Of a DNA stretch of 64,000 bases, positions 51,602 through 63,366 are shown piece after piece (position 1 is the first letter of the stretch; the number at the start of each line of letters is the position of its first letter). The position numbers and the translations under genes are program-made. This DNA is from Scyliorhinus canicula (lineage: Eukaryota), in the NCBI RefSeq assembly GCF_902713615.1, contig NC_052156.1:40532776-40596775 (forward strand), in the 5' to 3' direction. Under the pieces are notes generated by a model. That model worked only from the letters and a program-made list of their open reading frames with translations, was not told the DNA's origin and did no database searches.

Positions 51602-52324
51602 GGGCATGATTCTGCGCCTCGTTACACTCTCGCTCAAGTGAAATGAGGCCGGTGAATAGCAGTTGAGGCCAAAGATGAGAACCGAGTCAGGGGCCAAACA
51701 GTTTGTGATGCAACCGATCCGCTCCCGTAGGCGAAATAAGGATCTCGCCATAGCGTGGCGAGAAACCAATTATCAGCACTTAAGCCCAATTTCCACGCAA
51801 TTGATGGGAGCCACCCCATATCCAACGGCCTCCTGTCATTCAGTGGCCTCTCCAACAAGTGCTCACGCTGGTGCCGATTAGTACTCCTTTTGAAAAACGC
51901 GAACCTGGTGGAAACGCTTCTGTGGAGAGCCGAGGAGGTGATTAGCCATCATTGCCCACATGCAAACAGCCCGGGGCACTGGTCTTGCCACCCAGAGCTC
52001 GGTGGGGGAAGGGAGGGGGGCGAGGGACCCTCGGCTGAGGAACCTTCCGCAGGGGTGGGCCACCATAGGACGGTGGGGGGCATTGCAGGGGCAACGGGCG
52101 TGCAACTGCTCACGATGCAGCTTAAGTGCTGCTCGACCTTGTTAATGGGGGCTGGCGAGTGCGGTGTGGGTGAATCAGCTGGTGAGCCTTCATGTGCGGT
52201 GAGAAGCCCGTGAGGCCTCGTTAAATAGACCAATTAACATTGAATTGCTGGGCCGAGCGCCGGTTAGCTTGCGGCAATTCCCGCTCGCTACCACGCTTGG
52301 AAATGTTACCGGAGAATTGCGCCA
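51602..52324. mobile_element. Harbinger-type MITE
   Basis: Degenerate TIR GGGCATGATTCTGCG / CGGAGAATTGCGCCA, TSD CAT. Confidence 0.7.
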
Positions 52325-53243
52325 CATGCCTTTCTTCGATGATTTGTATTGCATATGTTTCTCAAAGTATTGAGTTACTTCTGCATGCTAACTGTAAACT
52401 TCTTTTTCTATTTCACCCTTTATTTGTCTTTCTCTCTCAATTTTTCTTTCCCTTTTACTCTCACCCTCGAGTACTTCAGTGATCTGTCCACTGGCCTGAC
52501 CTCAAAGCTAACATACAGCATGCAGGGAGCATTGAAATGTTTGAGAAGGTAAAAAAGTACATAGTTTCCGCTGCATTTCCTCTGAGGGCCTTATTGAGCA
52601 TTCTATTAGCCTAGAAAGCACACAGAAGTACAGACTGATGGAAAGTTATCTCTGGTTGGATAGAAACCCTCCACATATAGGAATGGAAAGTTATATCTGT
52701 TTCTTTGGCAAACAGGCAAGGTTGTTTTTCTTGCAATTTTGAACGCATCGTAGTCTTTATGCTCACAGGTTTCTATAAAAACAAGACCTAGTTGTTCCAT
52801 TTTGTGTTTCCTGATTTGCAGGCATTAAGATTTCAGTCACTTTTTTGAAATCAGCATTGAAGCAAACATCAGAACTCGAGGCATGCTGCAATTCTCTGCT
52901 GCTTTCATTCCACCTTCCAGTTTTAGATTTGGGAAAATATAAACTGATGAGGTGAGGTTTCTTCCTGCACCAGTTGTCAATTTCAACTTTGAGCAGTCTA
53001 GTATAATCTGAGGAATCCATGTTCAGAATTGGTATCTTAGTTAAGGTAATGACGACCTGAATGGTAGCCTGCGTCAGCTTCTTTGAACTCCATTATTGTA
53101 TCAAACTGGGCCTATTAATGTCATCTGCTACCTTCAGAATAATAACTATGAAGCTATGACGCTTCTTTCTGACATGAATACTCATTTAGGTAAGGTACTG
53201 AGGGGCAGGTGCCCGGGATTTGCACTGCAACAAGAGTCCACTA

Positions 53244-53804
53244 GGGAGAAATTTACTTACATAGTGCTATACTGTTGGAACCAACAATTCTACGGACACG
53301 TGCTTGTAGGATTAGAATAGCGGTTTTAATATACTTACAACAGAGCTAGTCTGTTAGCCGTTGAACTTTCGGTGAACTGGCTGGCTGACTCTGTGGCACG
53401 GATCTTTATACAGCAGCTCCAGGGGGAGGAGTTCTGGGCGGAGCCAAGGGAGGAGCCCAGTACAAACTCTCGAGTACTCCCAGAGCTACTCCCCCTGGTG
53501 GTCAGGTAGTGCAACTGCACTTACAATATTGATACATGTATCTACTTGGAACAGAGTGTCATTGGTAACTATAATGCTGTGTGAATCTCATTCACCACAT
53601 TTACGCAGGCTTACTTCAATTCCCCGGGCAAATAGCCCTGCAGGCTGCTACTTATATGACCCTTGTAGCATTCACCATTGATATCACTGAAGAAAGCCAC
53701 CTGGACCATATAGGTAGCAACCTGCAGCACTGCTTGCCCCAAGGAATCGAGGTAAGTTTGCACAGTGCTGCCAGAAGTAGTGCTCAGCAAACAAAATTTC
53801 TCCC
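53244..53804. mobile_element. Old palindromic MITE with a nested solo LTR
   Basis: Termini GGGAGAAATTT / AAATTTCTCCC and internal imperfect arms of about 58 bp (53605-53662 / 53703-53761). Confidence 0.6.
53273..53599 (-). mobile_element. Solo LTR (327 bp)
   Basis: TG...CA termini, TSD TATAC/TTTAC, minus-strand TATAAA followed by ATTAAA. Confidence 0.72.
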
Positions 53805-55030
53805 CCAGTGTCTTCATGAAACGGAGAAAACATTGGTGAGAAAAATGCTGAAGAAAATCTAAATAAAAACAATATTGTGCAATTAAGTAGACATTTCCAA
53901 GAGCAGGAAAATACTCCAAACTGCTGCTTTTATCTACCTGAAAAAAATTAGAAGACCATTTTCAAAATTCACAATGCTGCGATGCCACAAAACCTGGATG
54001 AGCCAATCATGTAATCAGATTATTGCAAAATTTCCAAGCATTGAAACGTTGCAATGGAAACAGATTGCTGCATTTAAAGAAAAATAACACCATCATGTGA
54101 TGCGTTTATGATGCTTTGATACAAACTGCATTTTGGGTATATAAATAACCTCAAGGAGGAAAATATCCATTCTACTCCGACAATTGTTAAGCTGTATCAA
54201 TATTAATATAGTTACAACAAATGCCCATGCAGTCCATATATGATGTGTGTATCTAAAAACCGCAGCTCAAGGAAAACGATTGTCACCCCAATTGAAGACA
54301 TCAATCATGTTAATGCTACACGATGTGGGACAAAAGGTTCACTTACAAAAGGGACCTTTAGCCATAAGACTCAATGGCAGTAAGCAGGAATTTTTAGGAC
54401 ACTTCATCCCATGTGATGTAACTCAGCAGCAATTCCATCTCCCCCGGCTCGTGTGCGAAGCAGTAAAACATAACAATTTATTCCGAATCAATCTTAAATA
54501 ATATTTCACAGCAATTGGAAGAGTTTATTTCTGCCCCTCATGTCACTGGAAAAAGATAATTGAAAGGATCTACTCCAGTGTGTTTTACTCAACATAAGCA
54601 GAAAGAAATGTCTTTGGATTTAAGCCAATGGAAGCGCAGTTTGTAAATGGAGGAGCTATGGAATATATCTCCTATCTCTCCGAGGGCACATAAAATTAAA
54701 ATGCACAGGATATTTTATAGCCATTATCTTCAGCTCTGAATAGCAATAGTCAAATCTTAAATGAAGTTACGTCTGAGCATGGAATGCCATGCTGCTGCGC
54801 AGCACCGTTCATGTGAGGCTCTTGTGTAATTTAATCAGCACATTATGGCTAGGACTTTCAATGCCTTTTAAACCCTTTATCTTTCACAGACACAATGTTC
54901 TGTGCTCTGGTTTTCCACAGACAACAGTGCTTTTTGTACTCCCACAACATTGCAGTCTTTGTGACTCATTATCCACCATGCAATGAAAAAAACGTAACCA
55001 TTTGTGGTCAATGACACATGAGGTGCTAAG

Positions 55031-55323
55031 TTGCATTGCCCTGAAAATGGGCATGGGACCGCAATGGGCGATTAACTGGCACCTGTTTATTGCAATGCGA
55101 GTAATGCACCAACATGGGGAGTCCACAACGGGATTAAAATAAAGACATAAACATGAGGCCTGGTCTACCTCACTGGGTACACTCTCTCTTGCCGGTCGGT
55201 TCCACACTGGCCAACCTTTTATACAGGTAAACTACCCACCCCTGGGGGGGGAGCTAATACTCCCCGAGGAGCACGGGGAAACAATCATCCCCACACCGCA
55301 TGTCCGGGGCTGGTTATTACACA
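55031..55323 (-). mobile_element. Probable solo LTR
   Basis: TG/CA ends and minus-strand TATAAAA followed by AATAAA. TSD not clear. Confidence 0.45.
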
Positions 55324-55552
55324 AAAATCGTGCTGCCTACTCATTTGAATTATCTCTGCATCCAGTCAATGGTAATTGCTCTGCTCATTGGTTGGATGAA
55401 TCAGCAGGGAGACAATATTGTGAGTAGCTAGCACCCCTTAAAGTTAGTCTGCATCACTTAAAGCTAGCCTCCACCGCTTAATGGGGCAGTGTATTGTGGC
55501 AGGAGTCAGTGTTTTAGAACCATGATTGAATTTGAGTGAGGAATTGCAGAAC

Positions 55553-56480
55553 ATGGGAGAGAGCTGGCTCCAAGGTTTCCGAACACTGTACTGGAGATCT
55601 TGGTGGAGGAGCTGGAACACAAGAGAAACGGCATGTAGCTGCAGGGGGGAATGAATCCCTCCATACTTGAGCTCAGAAGGCAGTGGGAGCAGATAGCCGT
55701 AGGGTGCCAGCAATCTAGCCCTAAGGACTTTAATGCAGTGTCACAAGAAGATCAATGACCTCATGAGTGGTCAAATTCATCTTCAAATGCCCATTCCAAT
55801 GAACTGCAGCCTCATCTACGGCTCAAATCACCATATTCCCATCACTCCCCTACCTATAATCTCTATGATTCAGGCCTCATACCCAATTGTCACAGCTTTA
55901 CCTCACCCTCCCACACTTGGCACTGCTGCAGGCCTCACATCCACATCTCACAATTGTCACATGCTGACAATTATTCAACCACAACATCCATATCAGCAAA
56001 ACAGATTGTGTGGCACTCACTGAAACAATTTATTGTCTTGCGGTATACAACTGGAGGTAACAGAAGGTAACTGTGGGTGTGTGTGTATGTGTGTGTGTGT
56101 GTGGGGGGGGGGGGGTATATTGTCATACCTGAGCCCCACTTTTCCCATCCTCACTTGTCCCTCACCCAACAATCCCTCCTGATTTACAAGCAGAAGGTAA
56201 TGTAAGCATGCTGCTCTTAATTTACTCCCGCCACTCACTCTTGTGCCTTTTTCCTTTCAGTTACTCAGGAGATGTAACCCGGTTAGACAGTGAGCGGCAT
56301 AACTTTGCACTCACAGCCACCAGCTCTGATACCAACACTCACTGTATCTTATAGACCAGTGGCAGGATTTGCACCTGGAAAGACACCTGGCATGAAGGAG
56401 CTGCAGCCAGGGCAGAGATGGTGCAGAAGCCAATCCACTGGAGGTTTAACATGGTTTCCATTGCAGGCGTCTCAGGTGAG
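55553..56480 (+). pseudogene. Harbinger ORF2 relic, Myb/SANT-like DNA-binding domain
   Basis: ELAPRFPNTVLEILVEELEHKR, RQWEQIA and RTLMQCHKKINDL in 55560-55770, with stops and frameshifts. Confidence 0.8.
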
Positions 56481-57413
56481 AACTTCAATGGGACAGAGTG
56501 TAGAAGTATGTAGATGGATGGGTATGAATAATGATTAGTTTATATTTACATGCAATATGGTATGTCCTCCCAGTTTCTGAAGAAATTTTTCCAGAAAACC
56601 AGTGTGACTAAATTGTGGAAAGGCAGACACTATTTTCACTGCTCGTCAACTCGAAGAGAAAGGCTTTTGAGTCCATCAACCGGGCAGTGCTATGGAAAAC
56701 CCTGTCAAAGGCCAGCTGTCCAGAAAAATTCATCAAGATCCTCCGACTCCTCCATGACAAGATGTCGGTCACAGTCCAAACAGACAGAAATAAGACAGAA
56801 ACCTTCGAGGTCAGGACTAGAGTAAAGCAGGGATGTGTTATCGCCCCCACCCATTTCCTATTCATTATCACCACCATCGAAGCTCGTGGAGCTTCAGTAT
56901 GCGGATGATATCGTCATCTACGCTCTCTCAGAAGAGAATCTCCAAACCATGGTTGACACCTTCACGGTTGCAGAACAAATAATCGGTCTCAGCCTCAAGA
57001 AGATTCAAGTCCTTTACAAACATGCCCAAGGGCAAGGTTTCATCTCTCCCTCCACTAAGATCAATGGAGAAACCCAACCAAATGTGGAACATTTTCCATT
57101 CTGGGGGAACTACCTCTCCTCTAAGGCTGACAGAGATCCAGCATTGTATCCAATCTGCAAGTGCCTCCTTTGGAGGCCTAAGGACAAGATTATTTTACGA
57201 CTGCGACATCCATGCTGACACCAAGGTCTTTGTGTACAAGACAGACGTCCTCCCAACTCTTCTATATGGCTCAGAAACGTGGACTACACACAGACCTCAC
57301 CTTAAGGCTCTGAAGACGTACCATCAATACTGTCTAGATGGATTCTCCACAATCAGCTGAGAGGACAGGTGTACCGACATCAGTATCCTTGAAGGGGTCA
57401 GGAGCACCAGCAT

Positions 57414-57794
57414 CAGCGCCGGCCCTAGGGTTGCTGGCGCCCCGGGCAAGCTGAACTACGGCGCCCTTGGGGGGGGGGGGGGGGGGGCGGACCCGAGTGG
57501 GGGGGCGGACCCGAGTGGGGGAGGCGGACCCGAGGGGGGGGGCGGACCCGAGGGGGGGGGGCGGACCCGAGGGGGGGGCGGGGCGGACCGAGCGGGGGGG
57601 GCGGACCGGGGGGAGCGGACCGAGCGGGGGGGGGGGCGGCCGAGGGGGGGCCGCCCTGGGGGAGGGCGGCCACCGCGCATGCGCTGGTTGGCACCTGCCC
57701 AACTGCGCATGCACGGGACCCGAGTCTCTGGCGCCCCCTAGCGCATGGCGCCCCGGGCGACTGCCCGAGTTGCCGGTGCCTTGAGCCGGCCCTG
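57414..57794. mobile_element. Non-autonomous hAT element (MITE, 381 bp)
   Basis: TIR CAGCGCCGGC / reverse complement CAGGGCCGGC. Perfect 8-bp TSD ACCAGCAT (57406-57413 and 57795-57802). Internal G-rich tandem (GnGCGGACCCGAG). Confidence 0.92.
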
Positions 57795-58002
57795 ACCAGC
57801 ATCGAATCCACGATCATCCAAAACCAACTCTGCTGGGCCGGCCATGTGCTTAGGATGTCAGAGTTCCCTCTGCCAAAGCAAATCATCTTTGCCCAGCTCA
57901 AGGAAGGCTTCCGAACAAGAGGTGGACAAAAGGAGCAGTTCAATGATACCCTGAAGGCTTACCTCAAGAAATGCAACATAATGCTAACCACTATGCCATT
58001 GT

Positions 58003-58315
58003 GGGGCAACACGGTGGCATAGTGGTTAGCACTGCTGCCTCACAGCGCCATGGACCTGGGTTCAATTCCACCCTTGGGTTACTGTCTGTGTGGAGTTTAT
58101 ACATTCTCCCTGTGTCTGCATGGGTTTCCTCCGGGTGCTCTGGTTTCCTCCCACAGTCCAAAGATGTGCAGGTTAGGTGGATTGACCATGCTAAATTGCC
58201 CCTTAGTGTCCAACGGTTAGATGGGGTATTAGGAATAGGACATGGTGCTCTTTCAGCGGGTTGGTGTAGACTCGATGGGCTGAATGGTCTCCTTCTGCAC
58301 TGTAGGGATTCTATG
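58003..58315 (+). mobile_element. HE1/V-SINE, long tail, nested in RTE
   Basis: SINE consensus. Confidence 0.9.
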
Positions 58316-58989
58316 AACATCAGCGTCAATGCTTGGGAGACCCTTGCTCAGAAGAGACCGACTTGGAAGAACCTCCTGATTGAAGAGACACAATCCTTTG
58401 AGGACACCCCACAGCAGGGACAGGCCTGGAAAAGGAGCTTGAGACAGGAATACCAGCGATCTAGGGTTCAAGGAAAGTCTCCCAGAAACATCTGCCAAGT
58501 GTGCGGCTGAAAATGCTGCTCTAGGATCAGGTTCATCATCCATGCAAGGACCACAGAATCCATGACCAGCAACACAGAGTTTCTTAGGTGGATGATCTTA
58601 CTCGTTAGCGAGTGATAGCCGAAGAAATACAAGGTATGGCCTCACTTATAATTTTGCTTTGGAATGTTTACTATGTGGGGTATTTATTGTTGTATTGTGG
58701 CCAAGCAGATGCTGCGATATCAGTGACAGAGGTTAGGTAAGATGTCGGACTGATAGCAAATTGGGATTGCCTATTGCTGGTACTGTACTCAGATGAGTGC
58801 TTCACTGACAGCCTGGGAGGAAAAGGGCTGTCTAGATTGCCTTCGCCCTCCCTCTTGCTCTCTTTTTGCCCCTTAACTGCTCGTCATTTAGCTAATGGCA
58901 GGGGCTGTCCATTATGGCAAGTTTGCACAGCATGCAGCAGACCAAAGTATATCTTGACATCTGCTCTGCTGAATATTACAGGGCCCTTC

Positions 58990-59720
58990 CAGAGAGTCTA
59001 GGCAGCAGAAACTTTGTTTCAGCCATCTATTGGTTTGATCTACCACATTTTGTTCACCAGCACGACTTTCATTGAATGAATGCTGGGCAAATGCGTGTTA
59101 TATTGCACACCAGAATCATCAGCCAGGTTCTTGCCATCCAGTAGCCACTCTTTGGTTTTCTGTTGTGGCCCAAATGCAGGCGGCACAGTGGACTGCTGGA
59201 GAATGAGGCATCATGACTGCTGCCAGGTTACCAGGCATTGCCCTGCATGATTCAGTGCGTATGGCCACACACCAGCTAGACACGAGGAAGTGGAATCCTT
59301 TTCAGCTCAGGTAATACCATAGATTTGACATGCGATGCCCATAAAATGATATATGTGAAGTCATTGGCCCTCTGCACCAAGGGGAAGCCTGAAATCCTAT
59401 CAAGGTCATGTGCTCACTCTGCACGCATTTGGTAAGTGTAATGTAGTTAGCTGTCTTTAGAGCACTTCAGTGACCTCCTTTGCACAACAGTGGACGGCAA
59501 CTGCAAAATGTTGCAATTTTATCCAACTTCAGCATTAAAGTTCATGGCTACAGTCAACTTCCTGGCAACTGGCAATGCTGTCCTTTCCCCTGCTCTGATG
59601 TTGCAGTTGTAGCAAATGCCAGATTTCAGTAAGGATATTCTTTGTGAAGCACGGACATATCACATATTGTTCTTCGCTGAGGTCCAGAAGGAGAATTGCA
59701 GATATGGCCTCTAATGAAAG
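58990..59720 (-). pseudogene. Harbinger transposase (HARBI1-type DDE nuclease) relic
   Basis: Minus strand reads ALPVARKLTVAMNFNA (about 59531-59580), YLS*KGFH, LVC.H..IMQ.NA..PGSSHDA and WLL, collinear with HARBI1-family motifs. Confidence 0.82.
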
Positions 59721-60189
59721 CATTTGTTGCTCTCTTCTGATATCTTGTCCTGCTCCATCTGGCTTCTGCTCATTCTCCCAGTCATGCTGGATTCCAAGAT
59801 GAATGTCCACTAGTGCAGCCATGTCTGGCAGCAACTATTTTATGCAGAAGCCTTGAATTCAGGAAAGAGTCCTCCAGCACCTGCCACACCACTCCCCCGT
59901 GGACTGAGTCAAGTTGAGTCAACTGTAGAAAATACCAAACACTTGTAGGATCATAGCAAGAGTCAGAGGGAATCAATCAGCAACCTACCTGTATGCAGTT
60001 GATGATCATTTTAAATTGCAATGGTGGGGGATTTCTTCCTGCTTCTGAATGCAAATTCAGCTGTTTGAGGTTAACAGAAGGCTTTGGGTGCTACATGATC
60101 CCCAAAATGCCAATGGCTCGCATTCATTCAACATGTGACTTCATGATATGCATTCACTCCCGAGTCCTGGTGGACATTCATTGCATCCA

Positions 60190-60305
60190 TTCTTTTTTTC
60201 CAATTTAGGTGTAATTTGGCGTGGCCAATCCACCTACCCTGAACATCTTTTGTGGGGTTGAGAACCATGTAGAAAGAATATGAAAACTCCACACGGACAG
60301 TGACC
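60190..60305 (-). mobile_element. HE1/V-SINE fragment
   Basis: SINE core only. Confidence 0.75.
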
Positions 60306-60559
60306 ATTGCATCCATTGTAATGTATCCATCAGCTTGGCATGCAGCAGAGTTTGACCCATAGGTGTCGTGTGCACATGCTGCAGACACCATTTTGAAGCT
60401 CTAAAGGCACTTGCCATGCCAAAAAAAACTATTGAAAAATAACCCAATTTCTTGCCCATGCAATGTGATTGAATGTAGCAAGTACTATTAACAGTTATTT
60501 TGTGAACTGTGGAGGATCAAAGTAATTGCAATTATATGTGACATTGTAATCCACGGACA

Positions 60560-60682
60560 CACGGCGTATTCCCGTAACAGCCTCCCCGAACAGGCGCCGG
60601 AATGTGGCGACTAGGGGCTTTTCACAGTAACTTCATTTGAAGCCTACTCGTGACAATAAGCAATTTTCATTTCATTTCATTT
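60560..60682 (+). mobile_element. Isolated L2-like LINE/SINE 3' tail ending (CATTT)n
   Basis: Same tail as the SINE at 6780-6880. Confidence 0.7.
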
Positions 60683-61046
60683 CGATATGAATTCTCATAC
60701 AGCCCTTTAGAGCAACAAGCCAGACTAAAAAAGGTCTCCTCGAAATGCTTATTTGTCCATCTCTGTTATGATCTTAGACCAGACCCCCAAGTTTCTGGTA
60801 CAATCTGGTTCAAGACCAATAGTGTTTTGTTTAAAGTAGGCAAAGTTTGAGATTTAAGAACATTTATTGAGTGAATAAAGCCACATGGTTCAGTGGGATT
60901 TGAATAAGCAAAAATAATCTTTTACTATACAAAGTCAGAAAGATAAAACAATTTACAATATCTATTTTATACTATAACATTCAGTGTATGTATGAGGTAC
61001 ATGTGAACTAACAGGCAAACTGGTTGAACAGATCATGCTGCAAGTT

Positions 61047-61844
61047 GGCATGATCTTCCCAAAAGGGAACAAAGTCCCCCTGTGAGCACGTTTAGCTGCG
61101 TGTTTCCCAACGCTTGCAGTGCCGAGAAACACATGGCTTTGAATAAGGGGCCTGAATGGGGAACGCACGGCCGAGGCCACATACTGCCCCATTTTGTACA
61201 TTCGGGAGCTCTGCTCGCCAGAACTCCCCATTGTAGCGAGAGGTCGGGATGCCATTTTTAAATGGCACCCCAATCACCGAGGCCCCCAAAAGAATCCTCA
61301 ACCTCCACCACAGCCCAAACACAATATGAGAGGGTTCCTGGGCCACCCGAACCCCCACGCTGGGCAGCCATGGCCCGATCACGCGTGCGCGAAAAATGCC
61401 AGCTTGGCAGTGGCCAGGTGGCACTTCCAGGGCACCAAGCTCTCACTGCCAGGTGGCAGGAGTGCCAGAGCACCACCCTGCCAAATGGGCATGCAGCTGG
61501 GAGCCTCCAATCCTCTTGGAGACACCCACGAGTACCGTTCTCTCTGGTCCCCGTTTGTGAGGACCAGTATCAAACAACACACGCACGACAATCCCCAAGC
61601 AAAGGGATTGAATTCCAAAGCCTCAGGTACCTTGGGAATCTGCACATTAGAGTAAGGCTTACTGTCTCGTTCTAATATGCAGATTTGCTAAAAGGTGACC
61701 CCACCCATTGTGGGCAGGATTCACCTTGCAACGTTCCATGTTGTATCTCGTGAGGTGTTGCGAGCCGGGTAAATCACAGGAGCGGGTTCTCCCAGCTTTC
61801 AATGAGCTGTTTTTCCGGCGCAGCGTGGCCGGTGGATCGTGCCC
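61047..61844. mobile_element. Harbinger-type non-autonomous element
   Basis: Ends GGCATGATC / GATCGTGCC. Reverse-complement homology to 16062-16802. Confidence 0.7.
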
Positions 61845-63029
61845 TGTGTCTTCAAATGTATATTATGAATGCACTGGGATTTACACACCTTAAAAGAAAC
61901 AATCATAAAATAATATATTGCTTAAGAGTTGGTGGTGTTCCATTTTATTCTGTATCCCTGTGCATTGTGCATATTTTCAAATGAGTGGATTTGAAAACAT
62001 GTATTTTCGTGTCTTAATACTAGCTTTGGCGTGTTTCATATCTCAGGTACATATTTGTGTCCAGTTCACATATTTGTGGTGAGGCGTTCTAATGTTATTT
62101 TATCATGCAGAACATTCCGAAATCCAGAAATGCCTCGGTCCCAATCATTCTGCCCTGGAGAGTGTATCATGTACAAATGCTCAATTGGAAATACTACTCT
62201 GCGCAACTGTACCATTTCCATTGGAGAGTTTGAAAGTATATTAACATCTGAATTTTGGCGGAGAGTTTCCAGTGCAGACACAACATCATTTATATATACA
62301 ATATAATAACATCCTTCGGGAGGAGTGGAAGCATTTCCCACATCACGTTGGGATTAAACGGTACAGATTACAGTGAATGTGAAATAACACATCAAATTTA
62401 GTGTATGAAAGTGAAATCATATGGTAGGAATACATTTGACTAGTATTCCCTTGAGTTTAGAAGGTTGAGGGACAATCTAAATGAGGTGTTTAAGATGATA
62501 AATTTTATTAGGTTTATTAGGTTAGGAATGGCAAAGCTTTTTCCCCAAGTGGGGAAATCCAGAACAACGGGACATAATATTAAAATTAAAGCCAAGTGAA
62601 ATCAAGCCCGACACTATCCCACAGAAGGTAATGGAAACCTAGAGCTCTCTTCCGAAAGACTGTACATGCCAGGTCAATTAAGATTTTCAAGACTACAATT
62701 GTTTTGTTAGTTCAGGCTATCAAGGGATAAAGGCCGATGAATGGTGTAAAGATCAGCCATGACCTACTTCAATAACAGAACCAACTTTTATGTGGTGTGG
62801 GGGTTGGTAGTTGCTCAATGGCCTACTCTGTTCATATATTTGTGAAGCAGAAGATAGCAACATTGGGATCTGAGGTAGGGAAGGCATATATGACATAGGG
62901 TGGGATTTATCAGCCCTTCCTGCCCACAGGATCTTCCAGGATCTTCCCTGCAATGGTTCCCTGGCGGTGGTGCGGGCGAGCCACGTAGAACTCCATAGAT
63001 ATCGGCGAGACCAGAAGATCTCGCTGACG

Positions 63030-63366
63030 GGACTGGGGGCATTCTGGCCAAGTTTGCCGATGATACAAAGATAGGTGGAGGGGCAGGTAGTATTGAGGAG
63101 GTGGGGAGGCTGCAGAAAGATTTAGGCAGTTTAGGAGAATGGTCCAAGAAGTGGCTGATGAAATTCAACGTGGGCAAGTGCGAGGTCTTGCACTTTGGAA
63201 AAAAGAATAGAGGCATGGACTATTTTCTAAACGGTGACAAAATTCATAATGCTAAAGTGCAAAGGGACTTGGGAGTCCTAGTCCAGGATTCTCTAAAGGT
63301 AAACTTGCAGGTTGAGTCCGTAATTAAGAAAGCAAATGTAATGTTGTCATTTATCTCAAGAGGCTT
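63030..63366 (+). mobile_element. CR1 LINE RT fragment
   Basis: AKFADDTKIGG..LQKDLGSLGEWSKKWLMKFNVGKCEVLHFG..RDLGVLV. Confidence 0.92.

Larger units (their letters stand above)
56640..58625 (+). mobile_element. RTE-clade LINE 3' part (decayed RT), with nested hAT MITE and SINE
   Basis: KAFESINRAVLWKTL..CPEKFIKILRLLHD, VKQGCVIAP, ELQYADD, VLPTLLYGSETWT, WAGHVLRM. Confidence 0.9.

Noticed and set aside
52600-53020. Two adjacent minus-strand ORFs that could be a decayed transposase
   Set aside because: No diagnostic motif that I can identify.
1129-57490. Long G/C homopolymer runs (for example 1129-1148, 13556-13580, 25396-25415)
   Set aside because: Mostly inside TEs and of unreliable length; no independent evidence of function.
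1-60305. tRNA genes suggested by A/B boxes (TGGCGCAGTGG, GGTTCGATCC)
   Set aside because: All are SINE heads continuing into the V-SINE core; none forms a stand-alone tRNA.
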